Made by a program: the position numbers and the translations under genes
Part shown: piece after piece, positions 30,050-45,203 of the stretch
Position numbering within the stretch: the first letter of the stretch is position 1
How the letters are laid out: the number at the start of each line of letters is the position of its first letter
NCBI GenBank assembly: GCA_964016885.1
Contig: OZ024742.1
Span: 259,222,001-259,286,000 of the forward strand
Reading direction: 5' to 3'
Source: Eledone cirrhosa
Taxonomy: Eukaryota
Length of the DNA: 64,000 nt
The notes under the pieces: generated by a model
The model's database searches: none
Seen by the model: the letters and a program-made list of their open reading frames with translations, nothing else
What the model was told of the DNA's origin: nothing

Positions 30050-31290
30050 TTGATGATCTTACGCTTGGATTACCCATTACTCAAATACTTTTGCGTTCCA
30101 AACATTCGCGGCATTAATTCACTGTCTACTACAAGATTCCTGGAATCAGAATGTGCTGCTATGATGGAATACATCCTAGAATGGAAACTTAACCACAAAT
30201 AATTGTTTCTACTTTTGGCACAAGGCCAGCAATTACCCAGTGCACTACTGGTACTTTATTTTATCGACCCCGTAAGGATGAAAGGCAAAGTTAACCTCGG
30301 CGGGATTTGAACTCAGAATGGCAAGGGCCGTAACTCTATACGTCAAAGCATGGCGTCCGACCCTCTACCGATACTGCCAATCCAACTTAACCACAAATAA
30401 TAAATGCTATTAACCATTGATAGGAACCTCACAAATATAACGCACCAAAATATACACGAAGAACGAGAGAAAGAAACAAAATAAAAGGAAGGGGGACAAA
30501 AAAACGACCATCAATTAACTGGCAAATAATTTTTTTGAATCGGATTAGAATTAGAGAAGAAATAAAAATTAATAACAAACCAACACGTGTTGCTCCCCAC
30601 ACGTATATACACACATATATGTGCGTATTTGACATACCCACACACATATGTACGTGGGCATACATGTATGTGTATATATGTATGTGCTATGCTAATATTG
30701 TGCCATTCTTGGAGCAAGCATACCTATTTACAATCTTTTTCATCCCATTGAATGAGAGCCGTACAGAGCTGTTATACTAGTCGCGAATTATTAAACATTA
30801 TAGTTCGCCATACGTAACTCAACACGCGAAGTCCACAAAGATGTTGAATCTGACATCGATGAAGGAAATTTGCTTGCATCAGATACCAACCCTCTTGAGT
30901 TAATGCATTTTTATCTTAAACATTTACCACGCTGCTTCATCACTTCTAACACATTCTCAAATCCACTAGACTCTATCCATATCTACATTCATGATTTTAC
31001 GCTTGGATTATCTAATTACCCAATAGTCAAACATTTGCGGCATTAGCTCACAGTTTAACCCATGATGCTGGGAAGCAGTATGTGCTGTTATGATGGAATA
31101 CATCCTAGAATGGAAATATAACCTCAATTAATAACTGCTAGGAACCTCACAAATTTAAAGCACCGAAACATACGAGAAGAGCGAGAGAAATAAATAAAAA
31201 CAACTGGAAACATAAAACAAAACAAAACAAAAAACCGACCACCAATTCACTGCCAAATAATTTGAATCGGATTAGACAGAGAGAAAGAAA
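30050..31290. repeat. Diverged local tandem duplication (about 30050-30550 vs 30990-31290)
   Basis: Shared blocks TTACGCTTGGATTA, ATGATGGAATACATCCTAGAATGGAAA, TAGGAACCTCACAAAT and TTTGAATCGGATTAGA occur in the same order. Confidence 0.85.
30204..30383 (-). mobile_element. SINE insertion with an 18-bp target-site duplication
   Basis: AACTTAACCACAAATAAT at 30186-30203 and 30384-30401. Confidence 0.92.
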
Positions 31291-31477
31291 AGACAAAAAA
31301 AAAATAGAGAATATATTTATTTGCCGTTGTGCTGAAAAATGATGCCGAAAGCTACTGACCCGCATCTCCGGTCAAGAAGGCGACAGCAACAGGATAATAG
31401 CATCTTCAGTAAAAGCAGGCACTCGAGCCTCAGCATACTGCCTAGCAGCCCGACCTGGTAGCAGTTTTATATCCACC

Positions 31478-31648
31478 ACCATTAACAAGAGGAAGGCAAC
31501 GACAACAACTGTGACATTAACATCAACAACACACAGGTGTATACATCAACATTTCACCAGCAATCTTCACCATTAATAAGAGGAAGGCAACGACGACAAC
31601 AGTGACATTAACAACAACAACTCTACCATCAACAAAAGGAAGCCAACC
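31478..31648 (+). repeat. About 90-bp-period direct repeat (CACCATTAAYAAGAGGAAGGCAACGAC...), two full copies and one partial
   Basis: Copies at 31478, 31568 and a partial one at about 31625. Confidence 0.8.
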
Positions 31649-32018
31649 CCAGCATCAGTGACTCACCTCCAGCCACAAGGACCTATGAAAAACTGCTAAG
31701 CTGCTCGCATGTGTGCGTGCTGAACTCTGGGTCTTTCTGCTGGGAACAACCCCCTGTTTTATCCCCCCCTCCCTCTCATTTTTTGTACATTCATTCATTC
31801 ACTTATTCATTCACTAACATTCTACCTTCCTGCGTGTCACCCTCCATGCAGCTCCTCCTTTTCTATCTTGTTTTCTGACACCTCTCTATATATATATATA
31901 TAGGTGAGATATGAGGCCCTCTTACCAGCACTTTCATCCACCCACACACGCCAGTCACGCACCCCTGATGCCGCTCGGTGCCCCAGTCCCGGCCCCACGC
32001 CCCACGCCCCACGCCCCA

Positions 32019-33240
32019 CTCTATACACTCCGCAGCGCTCCGTGCTACACCCAGACATCTCTCCTCGCTGATCTCGATACTTGTATCCGAGCAGCAGCCG
32101 AGGAGATATGCAACGTCAAATTTGACGACATAGGGTGGCAACAGGCCAATTTAGTGTTAGGTATGCCTGCCTTGGCCTCCGGTCCCCGATCTCACTAGCT
32201 TTGCCAGCGTATCTTTCGTCAGTTATCTCGTGCGGTGTCCTCGTCACCAGGGTTCTTCAAAACACAACAGAACCTTCTGTGTTCATAGAATGTGAGGCCG
32301 CCTGTGAGACGTGGGACCAGCTGGGACTTAGCCCAGTAGACGTCCCTCCTCCTTCTCCCCCTGTTGACGTCAAGTCCCCCATACACTGATGTCAATGCCA
32401 TCCAGTGCAGTCTAGCCTCAGACAGGCTCACGCGCCAGCTCGACTAGCACCGCCTTGCTTGTTTTCGTGCGGCCTCAAAACCCCACACCTAGTCCCTGGC
32501 TCCATGCCCTGTCCTCCTTCTCCACTGGCACGCAGCTAGACAACTATAGCATGCGCATCGGCGTTTCTCTGAGACTCGGCCTCCGGATCTGCCAGCCACA
32601 CCAATGTCGCGCGCGGTCCCGCCGTGGACTCTTTCCGCCTCCACCCGCTTTCCTCTCTCCACAGTGCCGGCTGCATTCCACGCCATGCTGCCCTCAACGA
32701 GGTCATTCAGCAAGGCTTGGACGCTGCAGGCTTTCCCTCCCAGCTCGAGCCGGTGGGGCTGGATCGAGGAAAAGGCCAGATGGCATGACCATCTTCCCGT
32801 TCCGCGGCGGCAAACCCCTCGACTGGGATGCCACTTGCACCGACACATGCAACCTGGTGCAGTCTGCTGCACGTCGGGCTGAGGGGGCCAAACTCCTCAA
32901 ATACCGGTCGCTCTCCAGCATGTTTGCGGTCGTACCCCTGGCAGTGGAGACTTCTGGTGTCCTCAGCCCCAGGGCTACCTCCCTGCTAGACCACCATAGG
33001 CGCTGAGCTGGCCAAACCGCAGGTGTGAGCCCCGCGAGTTGGAGTGGCTTTTCCAGGGCGTCTCCCTTGCCGTCCTCCAGGGAAATGCCTTCTCCATTCT
33101 GCCTGTCAGAAGCAACTGTCTCTAAATGATCCGGCTGGATCCTGAAGCAAGACCAGCCAAGCTCATGGATGTTATCCAACCCGCTTACTCGGGGTTTCTC
33201 CTTGGGTCTCGCGGTGGTTTGTTTTTCCCGTGAATGAATA
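32019..33240 (+). pseudogene. CRE-clade non-LTR retrotransposon 3' fragment (RT thumb, zinc knuckle, restriction-like endonuclease)
   Basis: GWQQA.L.VR..CLGLRS...LALPAYLSS; WLHAL...GTQLDN..RIGVSLRLG..CQPHQC; RHAALNEVI; KRPDGMTIFPF.GGK.L.WDATC.DT; AE..K..KY; PLAVETSG; SLAVLQGNAFSIL; several frameshifts; GC-rich; ends in TGAATGAAT. Confidence 0.92.
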
Positions 33241-34314
33241 TACATTCACTAGAACATTGTCAGATAATTGAATCTATTTACACAAGCACAGACACACGTA
33301 CAGATACACACTCACTCACACATACACACACACATATGTGTGTGTAAGTGTGTGTGCGTGTGTGCGTGTGTATGTATATATACGTCGTGTACGTTAATCA
33401 AGCGTTGCATATGTGCATTGATGGCGGGAGATAAAATGTTGCATTGTTTGATTGGTAAATGCTCGTCAAGTCAAAATGCAATTAAATAACAAAAATAAGC
33501 CTTGGTCGGTTTCTGAATGCAAATCAAAATGTAATTAGTATCGTTGAATGATCATTTTTTTTATCTTGGACGTCTTCGAATTAGTCCATCTTGTTCTATA
33601 GATAGCTCTGTTCTGGTAATTTCCTGCTCGTTGAGGAGAAGAAGAAACCATTCTAAACGATTTCATAGAAAGCCTTTTCTTGAGATGACTCCAATCTATT
33701 ATACATGATCTATTTTTAGGAGGAACAAAAAGGAATAAGAAATAAACTCAGCACAAATGTTTTTGAAATTAGCCTGTTGTTAGCATGGAAATTATAGAAC
33801 TAATGGCCATATTTATTTTAATGAAAGGAATTCTCGAGACCAAAAGAATAAGAAAAAACAATGATGCCTATAATGAAGGAGATGATAATAATGGGGAAAA
33901 GGAAAATGTGGATGGAGATGACGATGTTAATGTTGATAATGGATTTCCAAATTAGGCAAGGACAGCAATGTGAGGTGAGATTGACTGGTAGATTAAATTC
34001 ACTCCAGTATTTATATGGTACTTTTTTTGTCGATTCGGATGGATGAAAAGCAAAGTTGATCTCGGCGGGATTTGAACGGTGAATGTGAAGGACCGTAAGA
34101 AATAGGTCACGTTCTGAAGATTTTACTAATACATTACCTTTTTAATATTTTCCAATTTTGAGACAAAGCTAAGAATTCTGATGGCAGGGAAGGTCGAATT
34201 CATCGGCACCAATACTTGACTGCTATCATAATTTATCGAAAGGTGAAAACAAAGTTGACCCTGCAATTCTTTATCTAAGTAAAGAGCCAGAATTAATAAC
34301 GCATAATAATAAGA

Positions 34315-34510
34315 AGTAGAAGAAGAGTGGGGATATGTTGAACTATATATGTCGCCATTGCCGTAGATGGGAGGATCAATAAAAAGAAAATGGAGAAAGT
34401 TGAAAAATACTAGGACCTTAGAATTGAAGTTCAAAGAATATGAAACATGAGGAAAGTTAGGGTCATACCAAGAGTGATAGGTGCTCTTGGTTGTATGAAC
34501 AAGAAGTCCA
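34315..34510 (+). pseudogene. R4/Dong-clade LINE restriction-like endonuclease fragment
   Basis: VAIAVDGRINKKKMEKVEKY*DLRIEVQRI*NMRKVRVIPRVIGALG; follows a short (TAA)n. Confidence 0.8.
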
Positions 34511-34550
34511 AACAATGTGCCGCCCTTAACGAAATAGTATTAAATATTTA

Positions 34551-34886
34551 ATTCTACTTTTGGCACAAAGCCAGTAATTATCCCAGTGCGTTACTGGTTA
34601 TTTATTTTATCGACCCCGTAAGGATGAAAGGAAAAGGTAACCTCGGCTGGATTTGAACCAACCGATGTTGGTTTCTCATGTAGGCACAAGACCAGCAATT
34701 TTTGGTGGAAGGGAAGTCGGTAAAATCAACCCCAGTGCATGACTGTTACTTTACTTTATCGATCCCGTAAGGATGGAAGTCAAAGCTAACCTCCAAGGGA
34801 TTTGAACTCAGGACGGAAAAGACCGTAACTCTATCCCACAAAGCAGGGTATCCGACGCCCTACCGATAATGCTAATCCACCGCCCT
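34551..34886 (-). mobile_element. Two tandem SINE copies (main family)
   Basis: 34551-34658 and 34668-34886 match the rc of 29701-29878; a further degenerate copy lies at about 33945-34100. Confidence 0.85.
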
Positions 34887-35082
<196 letters not shown>

Positions 35083-37634
35083 AATGAAATTATCGATAAT
35101 AAAAAGGAATCAATTAAAGCAAAAGTAAGTTTGATACAGTAACTAGTATTTCCCTATTGATATAATTCTTTGATTATTCCATATTCAGTTTGGAGATTGA
35201 AATGCCATTGGAAGCGAGTATTACCCTAATATTTCCACACCAAATTTTAATGCATCTATAATTTTCTTGAGGCCATTATTTTTGCATAATTCGATAAATA
35301 GTGGAAGGATTATTGAATTCTATACCAAACATTTCAGCACGCATAATATATGAGCCTTGTAAGTCTATCATTAAATCTCTTCCTCCGTCTCTCCCCAAAT
35401 AGCCATGGAATCTGTCGGCATAATTATCAAGTAAAATTCGCAAATTTCGAGAAATTCATGTACGAGTAACTCTTTAAAGCTAAAAATAAGCAGAATCGTT
35501 AAAACGTCGAATAGAATTCTTCGCAGTGTTCGTTCCGTCTCTCTGAGGAGATTAAATTCTGCCAAGGTCAACTTTACCATTCAACTTTCCGAGGTAAATA
35601 AAAGGCAGCAGTTACGTACTGGGTCGATTCCTCTATCACCCATTTCATTTCCTGGAAGAAATCGTCTGTGATCAGGATTTGAGAAGTGATGGGATATACC
35701 AGGTATAAATTGTCCAAGAAACGCCCTATGTCATGATGACGCACATACGACTCTCCCAGGAAATACGTGTCCATATATACATATATACAAAGTGACACGC
35801 GTAGATTTGATGTGTACATATTTAAAGTGTTAAAAGCTATTGTTTTCTCACTGGAAATGATTGTGATCGTGACTGATTTCTTCTTGACAAGGAAAGAGAG
35901 GCAAGGAAGAACCGACGATAGTAACAGACTGGTACTTTATTCATTGACCTTCAAAGGATGCAGAACAATTTTGCTTTCGGTAGCATTTGGGATCTGAACA
36001 GAGAGGGGGTGACACGAATAACGCCATATATTGTAATCACCACCTTATTATTTCCCTGTGGGCAAGGCTGTATGCATCGAAGGTGAAAGAATGTGAGGGA
36101 TGTAATTATTACATGTGCATTCCTTTTCTAATTTCATCCCTTTGTAATGTTTACATCAGAATAATTGGCCCTTGTTCTTCAAATTGAAAACATTAAATAT
36201 TGTTTGAAATATAATTGTAATCTAAATGAATACGGGTCTTCGATAGACTGTTTCTGTGTCATGCGGGTTGTCATCGAGGCCTCAGTTGTTATTGTTCCAT
36301 GGACAGCCATTTACCTGTGCAAAATCGAGAGGTTAGCATTTAGCTTGAGGATGGAACCCCGTCAGGGGGAATGGCTGATGAAGCGAGTATCTCTTTCTAC
36401 TGTTATATGTGAAATGCTTTCTCCAGCCCGTCTGCCGTATACATATATAGCATACCGTACAGCCAAGTGTGAAAACATTTCCCCATTCCTTTACTCCTCT
36501 TTATGTTATACGTTTTTTCTCCTTCCTCACTTTGTAAATATATACAATTGAATATGAAAGTTTGACTAAATTTCATAAATGTAATCATAATATGCGTTCA
36601 CTTTAATTGTATACTGCTGTATCACACCAATAATAAAAGCTGTGTTCTTTCAATTTCTGTGGCAGAATTATTACCGATTCCCATAAGTATAATAATCATT
36701 CCATATCCAACATTTATTTCATTATTTTGTTTAAAATGGAATAGAAATAATATAACAATAAACGAAATAAATACGTGTATAAATAAAATATTTTTTTCTT
36801 TTCTTGTTTAAATGAGATCAGTGTGGTCTCCTGTGATTATTACGTCATTAAAATTTAATTTTATTACTGTCTTGGGATAAATAAATTGAGTGTTTGGGTA
36901 GCGATTTGTTGTTTTTGCTATTGTGGCTGTTGATGTTATAACTTGATCAATATAGTTTCTGTTATCGTTTTGCTCTGCGTATTGTTTTTTCTTTATATAT
37001 TTGATGTTGTGTATAAAATGAAATATATTTTGGTGTTTGGGATTTCGTCACTGTTGTTTTATATTCTTTGATATTTGGTATTTGTCTTTATTATTGATAT
37101 TAATACTGTCAAAAAGGAAGTTCTGACACATTAAAAAAAAAGTATTACAATACCTACTGTCAATGTTGTGTTTTGTAGTTGTTTCTGTTGCAAGGCTGTG
37201 GTTATGCAGAATCTTTAGAGTAATATCCAAACGTATTTCCTGAGTTCAAATAGCATAAACGTCAAATTTGCCTTTAGTCCTTCCGGGGTCGTTACAATTA
37301 AGTAACAGTCATATTCTGGCGCCCATATAATCAACATTTCTCACCGTAAGATTGCTGGCCTTGTGTCTAAATTAGAAACTGTAGTTTGTTGCTACTGGTT
37401 TATTGTACCCCCACCCAAACTAGGCCGGCTCTCATCAAACAGCCGTTGGATGAAAGGCTCTCAAATCGCTAATCTTGACCACATTGTCTTTTGTTTTCAC
37501 ATCGTACGTCTAAGCTTAACGTGATATGGCCGTCCTTCTCTTCTTTTCCGGCTCACGAATATTTTAGTTCAAAACGCATCTTCTGTCACGAATAGAATGG
37601 TACTGCCCTTCCCAGGAGTTACGATGGATCGAAG

Positions 37635-37668
<34 letters not shown>

Positions 37669-39179
37669 CTGTGTTTGTGTGTGCATGGGGGTTTGTGTGT
37701 ATGTGTGTCTGTGAGTGGGGGGGGGGGCGTATTGGAACTTCGTCGATTACAACGATGAGAGGATAAGTTGTTCGGCATACAATAACTATGTGAATCAATT
37801 CTATTCGCTGTGGTGTGTTATGCCATCAAGCATAACACGTTATTCCATGTTGTTCCAGCCTGCTCAGTTGGCAAAAATGAGATATACCAGTAATTCTGAG
37901 GACCAGTCCAGTGGATCGTGTCACTTTGAATCTCTACGAGAATCACATTAAGTGTATACGTGTCTGTGGAATGCTCAGTTATTTACACGTTAATTTCATG
38001 AGCTGGAAGTTCCGACCAATTGGAAATCTCCTCATCAGTACTGATTGAGATTTCTACCGACATTCTTTATCCACATGTATCCTTATGTAGAATTACTACA
38101 GTGCTATGTTTTACTCTTTTAAATATTACTATAGATATAAAACATACAATAATAATTCTTCTGGTGATTGACATAATGTTTCACCCAGTTTAACACCAAA
38201 ATCTGACATACGGGTTCATTTAGTGGAATTGATTTCGTCGCAAGTATTTGGGGTTAGCTAACGGCTAGAGGATACATTTCACATTCCTACCCACCAATAG
38301 TGGAGACACTGAAATAGAACATTGGTACTGCCATTCCTTCTCAGACTAAACATTATAAGCATAACTTATTCCCTTATTTTTAGCAGCGCTTTGCTTTTGA
38401 AAAAGTGATGATCGATTTATACGATTTCTTAACATCTTAATAAAAGTACATGTCTTTCTTTGATTGGAAATGTTAATGCACGGTATCAATATCATCCTTC
38501 TTAACAATCCTATTATCCTTACCAGACCTTAGGCACTTTATCGTCTTAGAATACATGGCCTTTAGATGTCAAATTTATTGTCTACTGCGTCATGTATTTT
38601 ATAGATTTTTTTCATAATTGTACTCCATACAAGCTTTTGTCATAGTCCAATACAAATCATATGCAACGTGCTATTTAAAAGAGATTTTAGCAAGTTATTA
38701 CTATGATGTTTTTAATTATATCATTATCTTCACTCACATAGATTTCACACAATGTATTAAGAACTAGTATCTATACACAATTACTTAAATAACGCAGATT
38801 TATTCGTGTCTTGTATCTTCCCTTTCGTGCAGTTGTAGATCATCTGTCTACTTACTAATGTGGTTAATAGTATTGTTAACTTCGTGCTCATTCTTCAGCC
38901 TCAGAGTCATATTAACATCTTCGTTAAAATGATTTACAATACTGGGGAAGCTCAAAAAGATAGCTCTTATTATGGCTATTGTTTCGGTTGTCAATCAATA
39001 TATTCTATATTCTAAATATCACTGCTTCTATGTTCTTACCGATACATATCTTTTTTTTTTTTTTATTTATTTATGTATATTCTAGTCCATTGAATTTATC
39101 CACCTATTAGGAAATACAGATTTTCTTTGTTGCTTTTGACAGTAATATGTAAGAGATTATCTTTCCCTTTCGAAAGGAT

Positions 39180-39520
39180 TCAGTTGTTGGCGAATCCAGC
39201 ATGGCCCAACCTATACAGTTTATCATGAATAGGCAATATCCACGTGTAATACAATGAAGCTAAGGACTTTCGGAAACTGTCTGTAATACATGACAGGAAA
39301 ATTACCCTAGCAGAGATTACTGAGACTACCCTGGTTAATCCTATGAATCGATCCCAGTCCATTATCACTTAAATTCTCTATCACCCTTCCATATAATACG
39401 GGAGTTGATTTGTCAACGACAACATAATTTATCAGGAAGATTGCATCCAGTGCCTGGCAATTTTCCAGATACCAAAGATCGGAAATATGTCTGGGCTTGA
39501 CTCAAATTTTCGTAAGCTTG
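39180..39520 (-). pseudogene. Degraded Tx1/L1-clade ORF2 fragment upstream of the zinc knuckle
   Basis: FRKSLASLYYTWILPIHDKLYRLG resembles the region preceding KLYKHG..CPRC in the copy at 56045; WYLENCQAL lies further upstream. Confidence 0.5.
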
Positions 39521-39704
39521 CATAATCTCAACACATAATCTCAACACATAATCTCAACACATAAACCCATCACATAAACCCATCAGCTTCTACATATCAT
39601 TTTCCAAGCATGCCAGACGGTTCGTTTTCAAGATACATTGCTGGCAAATACATGAGAGCCTAGTTCCTTTTCTTTTCTATATCACAAGCGGTGTTTTTGT
39701 TTTT

Positions 39705-39747
<43 letters not shown>

Positions 39748-40010
39748 TATTCTCTCACTCTCTCATTCGCTCTCTTTCTGCTACGAACAATGTTGCATCA
39801 ATATCGTAATGCACGCATTAGACGTAGTCATTTTTCTTTCCATTTTTACACTCTAAATTTTGCTTCTGTGAATTAATGTATACAGCCAATATCACTGTAG
39901 AATATATGCATAAATTATGCTTAAATCTATAACATATAAATACATGTGTTGTTACATGAGTTCTCATATATATATATATATATGGGAACTCATGTAACAA
40001 CACATGTATT

Positions 40011-40050
<40 letters not shown>

Positions 40051-40126
40051 TATATATATATATATGTTGATGTATATATATATATGTTGATGTATATATA
40101 TACATATATATATATATATATGTATA

Positions 40127-40170
<44 letters not shown>

Positions 40171-40177
<7 letters not shown>

Positions 40178-40293
40178 ATGCCCTAAGGACAGACACTGGT
40201 CTGTTGGAGACGCAGGACGTGGCAGCGATAATGAGGGACAGAGACCGCTGGAGAGAACTCGTCCATGGATCTCGGGAATTTTACCCGCCTTAG
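40171..40293 (+). pseudogene. RTE-clade ORF2 extreme C-terminus inside (TA)n
   Basis: [31 protein letters not shown]...* fits the RTE C-terminal Y.D.L..D.G......M.DR..WR pattern. Confidence 0.75.
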
Positions 40294-40412
40294 ATATATA
40301 TATATATATATATAGATATATAGATATATATAGATATATATATGTATATATATGTATATATATGTATATATATATATACATATATGTATATATATATATG
40401 TTTATATATATA

Positions 40413-40480
<68 letters not shown>

Positions 40481-40617
40481 TAGATAGATATATGTATATA
40501 CATGTATATATATATATAGATAGATAGATATATGTATATACATGTATATATATATATATATACATAGATATGTATGTATATATACATGTATACATAGATA
40601 TGTATGTATATATACAC

Positions 40618-40648
<31 letters not shown>

Positions 40649-40650
40649 TG

Positions 40651-40685
<35 letters not shown>

Positions 40686-40751
40686 ACATACATATATGTA
40701 TGTATATATATATATATGTTTATATATATATATATATATACATATATGTAT

Positions 40752-40860
<109 letters not shown>

Positions 40861-40906
40861 TATATACATATATATGTATGTATGTATATATACATATATA
40901 TTTATA

Positions 40907-40999
<93 letters not shown>

Positions 41000-41030
41000 G
41001 TATGTATATATACATATATATATATATATG

Positions 41031-41076
<46 letters not shown>

Positions 41077-41112
41077 TATGTATGTATGTATATATACATA
41101 TATATTTATATG

Positions 41113-41450
<338 letters not shown>

Positions 41451-42069
41451 CATATATATGTATGAATATATATAAATGTATATCCAAGTGCGTGGCTCAG
41501 AACATAAGCATATGTATACATTTATACATATATGTATATATTAACGATGTGACCATAATTTATGTATATATTCTGTGTGGCTAACGACTAATGTCATTGG
41601 TGTGTGTGTTTTTTCTGTGTGTGTTTGTGTCTGTGTTTGTGTCTGTGTGTGTGTGTACGTGCATGAATTTGCGTGCCACATGTCACTGAAATTTGCATAA
41701 ATTATGCATATAAAGCACGTGCATATAATTCTCATGTACAAGATAATTGTTAATGTATACATTATCGAATATTTATATTGGTCGATGGAATAAAATATAG
41801 ATTAGATACACATATATATATAATCGATGATGTGTGTTTGTATTTGTGTGTGCGTTTGTGTTTGCAGAAACTCTTCAATTTGTTTAAAATTAATATTAAA
41901 ATAACAATTTAATGTATGTTAGAATGTGTTATATTTTTATGTATACAAATATGTATTTAACATACATATATATATTTATATACGTGAGTTTATGCAAATG
42001 TGTATATACATGCGCATTGATGTTTCCTATCCGGATATATTACTCAGTCTTAACTAGATATAAAGGTGC

Positions 42070-42470
42070 AGTGTATTCATCAAGGAAGGACCAGAATTCG
42101 GATTCCTTATTTGGTGCATACATTTTTACAAACCACAGAGAGCTAAGTTTTAGCCTAAGCTACAAGAGTCAAATCCTCTCTCCTAACGTGATCCACTCTA
42201 TAAAACATTCTGAGAGTCGCGGACATGTGAGTATCCCACTCACACCTCTACAGTCATTTGTGACGTTACACCTGAATAGTGGAGATTCCATCTTCCGTCC
42301 AAATCTAGAGTAGCAGAGCCACGGAACTATATCTAGACAGTTGCATCTAGCCTCCCTCACTAGTTTCGGCTCCTTACCTGTAAGGGTTATTATGTTCCAG
42401 GTTACAACTATTAAGATTTGTTCCTTTCCTGGCCCTTTTTGCGGTTGCGGGATACGCAAATATTGTGCAT
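42070..42470 (-). pseudogene. RTE (Rex3/Expander-like) APE endonuclease N-terminal fragment
   Basis: VTWNIITLTGKEPKLVREARCNCLDIV...GILTCPRLS....W....ERI..L.L......V..YAPN..SE...FL. Confidence 0.85.
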
Positions 42471-42717
42471 CCATCACACGCCTCCCAGGACATGTCGCAG
42501 GAATATCGCTACTTCTTGCAGCAAGAGATGGTGACTGCAATATACTTTTTGAAACGGCCTCTAACTAAGACATGAATGCATTTTTCGTTATGTCGGGTGA
42601 AGTACGATGCAGTGTGATTCGTTCTGGTTGTCTCATCATATTGCAGTTTCAGTTTCGGTGGTCTTATTCGCACTATTCAACAATCTGGTACTTTGTCAAA
42701 CTCGCGAAGACTAGGCT

Positions 42718-42796
<79 letters not shown>

Positions 42797-43221
42797 GTGA
42801 GGTTTTTTTTACAAAATGAAAAATAACCGAGATGAAATCGAAAATGCAACTGAAGTCTTATTTTTTTTTTAAATATATATATTTATTTGGTTCCTTTACC
42901 GGTTTCGCAGTTCTTCTGCTTTTGAAAAGGTGAGTTGAGATGGAGGGTCTGTGGTTTTTCTCACATTTTATATATATATATAAAAGACGTAAAATAAGAA
43001 AATTTTAAAAAATTAACTTACTTACTAAAATTTTCACTCCAACTAATTTGTTTCTGCAATGGGATAAAGACAGTTACGTAATAAACTGTCGAGAATTCAT
43101 TACGTCATCACGTGGTATTGCGTCATCACCTGCATTGAACCACCTAGGTACTATGACATAACCTGTGTATTTGCTAGCATTAGCGTACATCTGTACGCAT
43201 ATGTTAGTAGATATACTATAT

Positions 43222-43327
<106 letters not shown>

Positions 43328-43676
43328 GGAGGTGAGTTTTATTGTAGCACAATAAAGCAATGCAGATATCGGATATCTCTTCGTTAATTTTCAAATTCTT
43401 TTAATTTATATATTATCTTCCAACGGTTTTTTTAACCTCTCAATGTAAAACAATATATTTTTCTCAGTTATAAATGCTATCTCTCTCTCTCTCTATCACC
43501 CATCTCTCCTCCTATCTCATCCTTCCTCATTATACTCCACCCTATCCACTTTTTACTCTCATATCCTCCTCTTTTTCATCCTTTCCAATATCACACATCA
43601 ATCTAAAACTACTTTTCATATGTTGATTTAGAACTGCACTATTCACAAGTGTTTTTTAACCATCATAACGTCTCCC

Positions 43677-43747
43677 TATTTTATCTGACGAAAACGCAAA
43701 TGTTATTGCATGATGATATTTGTTTTTGAAATGCGCATAATAAAATA
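43677..43747 (+). ncRNA. Minimal type I hammerhead ribozyme (intact core)
   Basis: UAUUUUAU-CUGACGA-stem II (CAAAUGUUAU/AUGAUAUUUG)-GAAA-UGCGCA-UA^-AUAAAAUA; 8-bp stem I and palindromic stem III. Confidence 0.85.
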
Positions 43748-43781
43748 CATGGAACCCTTTTAACCATCTTTTGATCTTATT

Positions 43782-43845
<64 letters not shown>

Positions 43846-43903
43846 GTTATTCCGGGTTGAGTCGGAGGTAACCACAGTAAGTAAGGTACTCAATCTATAT
43901 TAA

Positions 43904-44071
<168 letters not shown>

Positions 44072-44105
44072 ATATGTATATGAATATATATATATATATA
44101 TAAAC

Positions 44106-44137
<32 letters not shown>

Positions 44138-44169
44138 GTATATATATACATATGTATATACATATATAT

Positions 44170-44935
44170 ATATATATATATAAAAGCGAGGATGTGTGTG
44201 TGTGTCTGTGGATAAATTTGGACACCTAAGGGTTTTACAATTCCAAATTTTTTGTGCACGTTGCACCAAATTTTTACCAAATGTTCTGTGCACGTTGCAC
44301 CTGTCGCTAAGATGGTCACATTACAAAATAATTTTTAAATCGACCCACGTTGAGCAATAAAAAGTCGATAGCAAAATTATATTTTCTAAAGTGCATGATG
44401 TAAGGGAGATAACAATGAAGACAAAATCCTTATGGAATTTTCCATACAAATTAAAAGTTGAAATACGTTTACATTTTTCGAGCTTTTTTTAGCAAATGTG
44501 AGGCAGGCATTGCCTATGCCGTCGAGGTAGTACAAGAAGATTATTTTTTCTAAAGTATATGCTGTAAGGGAGAAATCAATCTAAAAACAATCCTTATGGG
44601 ACTTTCCATTCAAACCGTTGGGACCTACAACTTTTACATTTTTAAAGTAATTTCGTCCACATTTGAGGCAGGCATTATCTATGCCTCGAGGATATTGTGA
44701 ATTTATTAAAAAAAAACTATTATTACAATAAAGAAATCGGTTAAAACAAAATTTTCGTTCATTATGAGCATAGATTTATGTGTACAAAGATTGCACTAAA
44801 TATTCGTTTGCATTAATTATTGAAGACTTCTGGTTATCTTGACAGGTTGGGGAAAAATAATTTTCTTCTTTTACTTCCTAGCTGTGTATTCCTAGCATAT
44901 TTCAAACCCCGGGCACGGTCGAGTAAAACTGCTAG
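44170..44935 (+). mobile_element. Non-autonomous Helitron
   Basis: 5' TATATATATAAAAG..(GT)n; 3' GC-rich imperfect hairpin CCCGGGCACGGTCGAG followed by CTAG|T at 44932-44936; two internal repeats of about 160 bp (44378-44527, 44541-44692). Confidence 0.8.
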
Positions 44936-44957
44936 TAAATGTATGTATATCTATCTA

Positions 44958-45043
<86 letters not shown>

Positions 45044-45119
45044 TATATAAACAAGGTTTAGTAAATAATGAAAAAGTTTCAAAATAAATTTTAAAAAATG
45101 GACTTTACCTACTATAGTT

Positions 45120-45203
45120 ACCTTTACCGATCGGTTTCGAATCCCAAAAATAAAACGTAGGCCATACGGCCTTCGTTGCAAAGAGAGATTCTCGTCAGAA
45201 GGT
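45120..45203 (-). ncRNA. Type I hammerhead ribozyme with long stem II (intact core)
   Basis: ACCUU-CUGACGA-GAAUCUC...(AACG AAGGCC GUAU GGCCU ACGUU)...GGGAUUC-GAAA-CCGAUCGG-UA^-AAGGU. Confidence 0.88.

Noticed and set aside
43845-43890. Short island CCGGGTTGAGTCGGAGGTAACCACAGTAAGTAAG between (TA)n tracts, possibly an RTE 3' tail
   Set aside because: Too short to classify and no second copy seen in the window.
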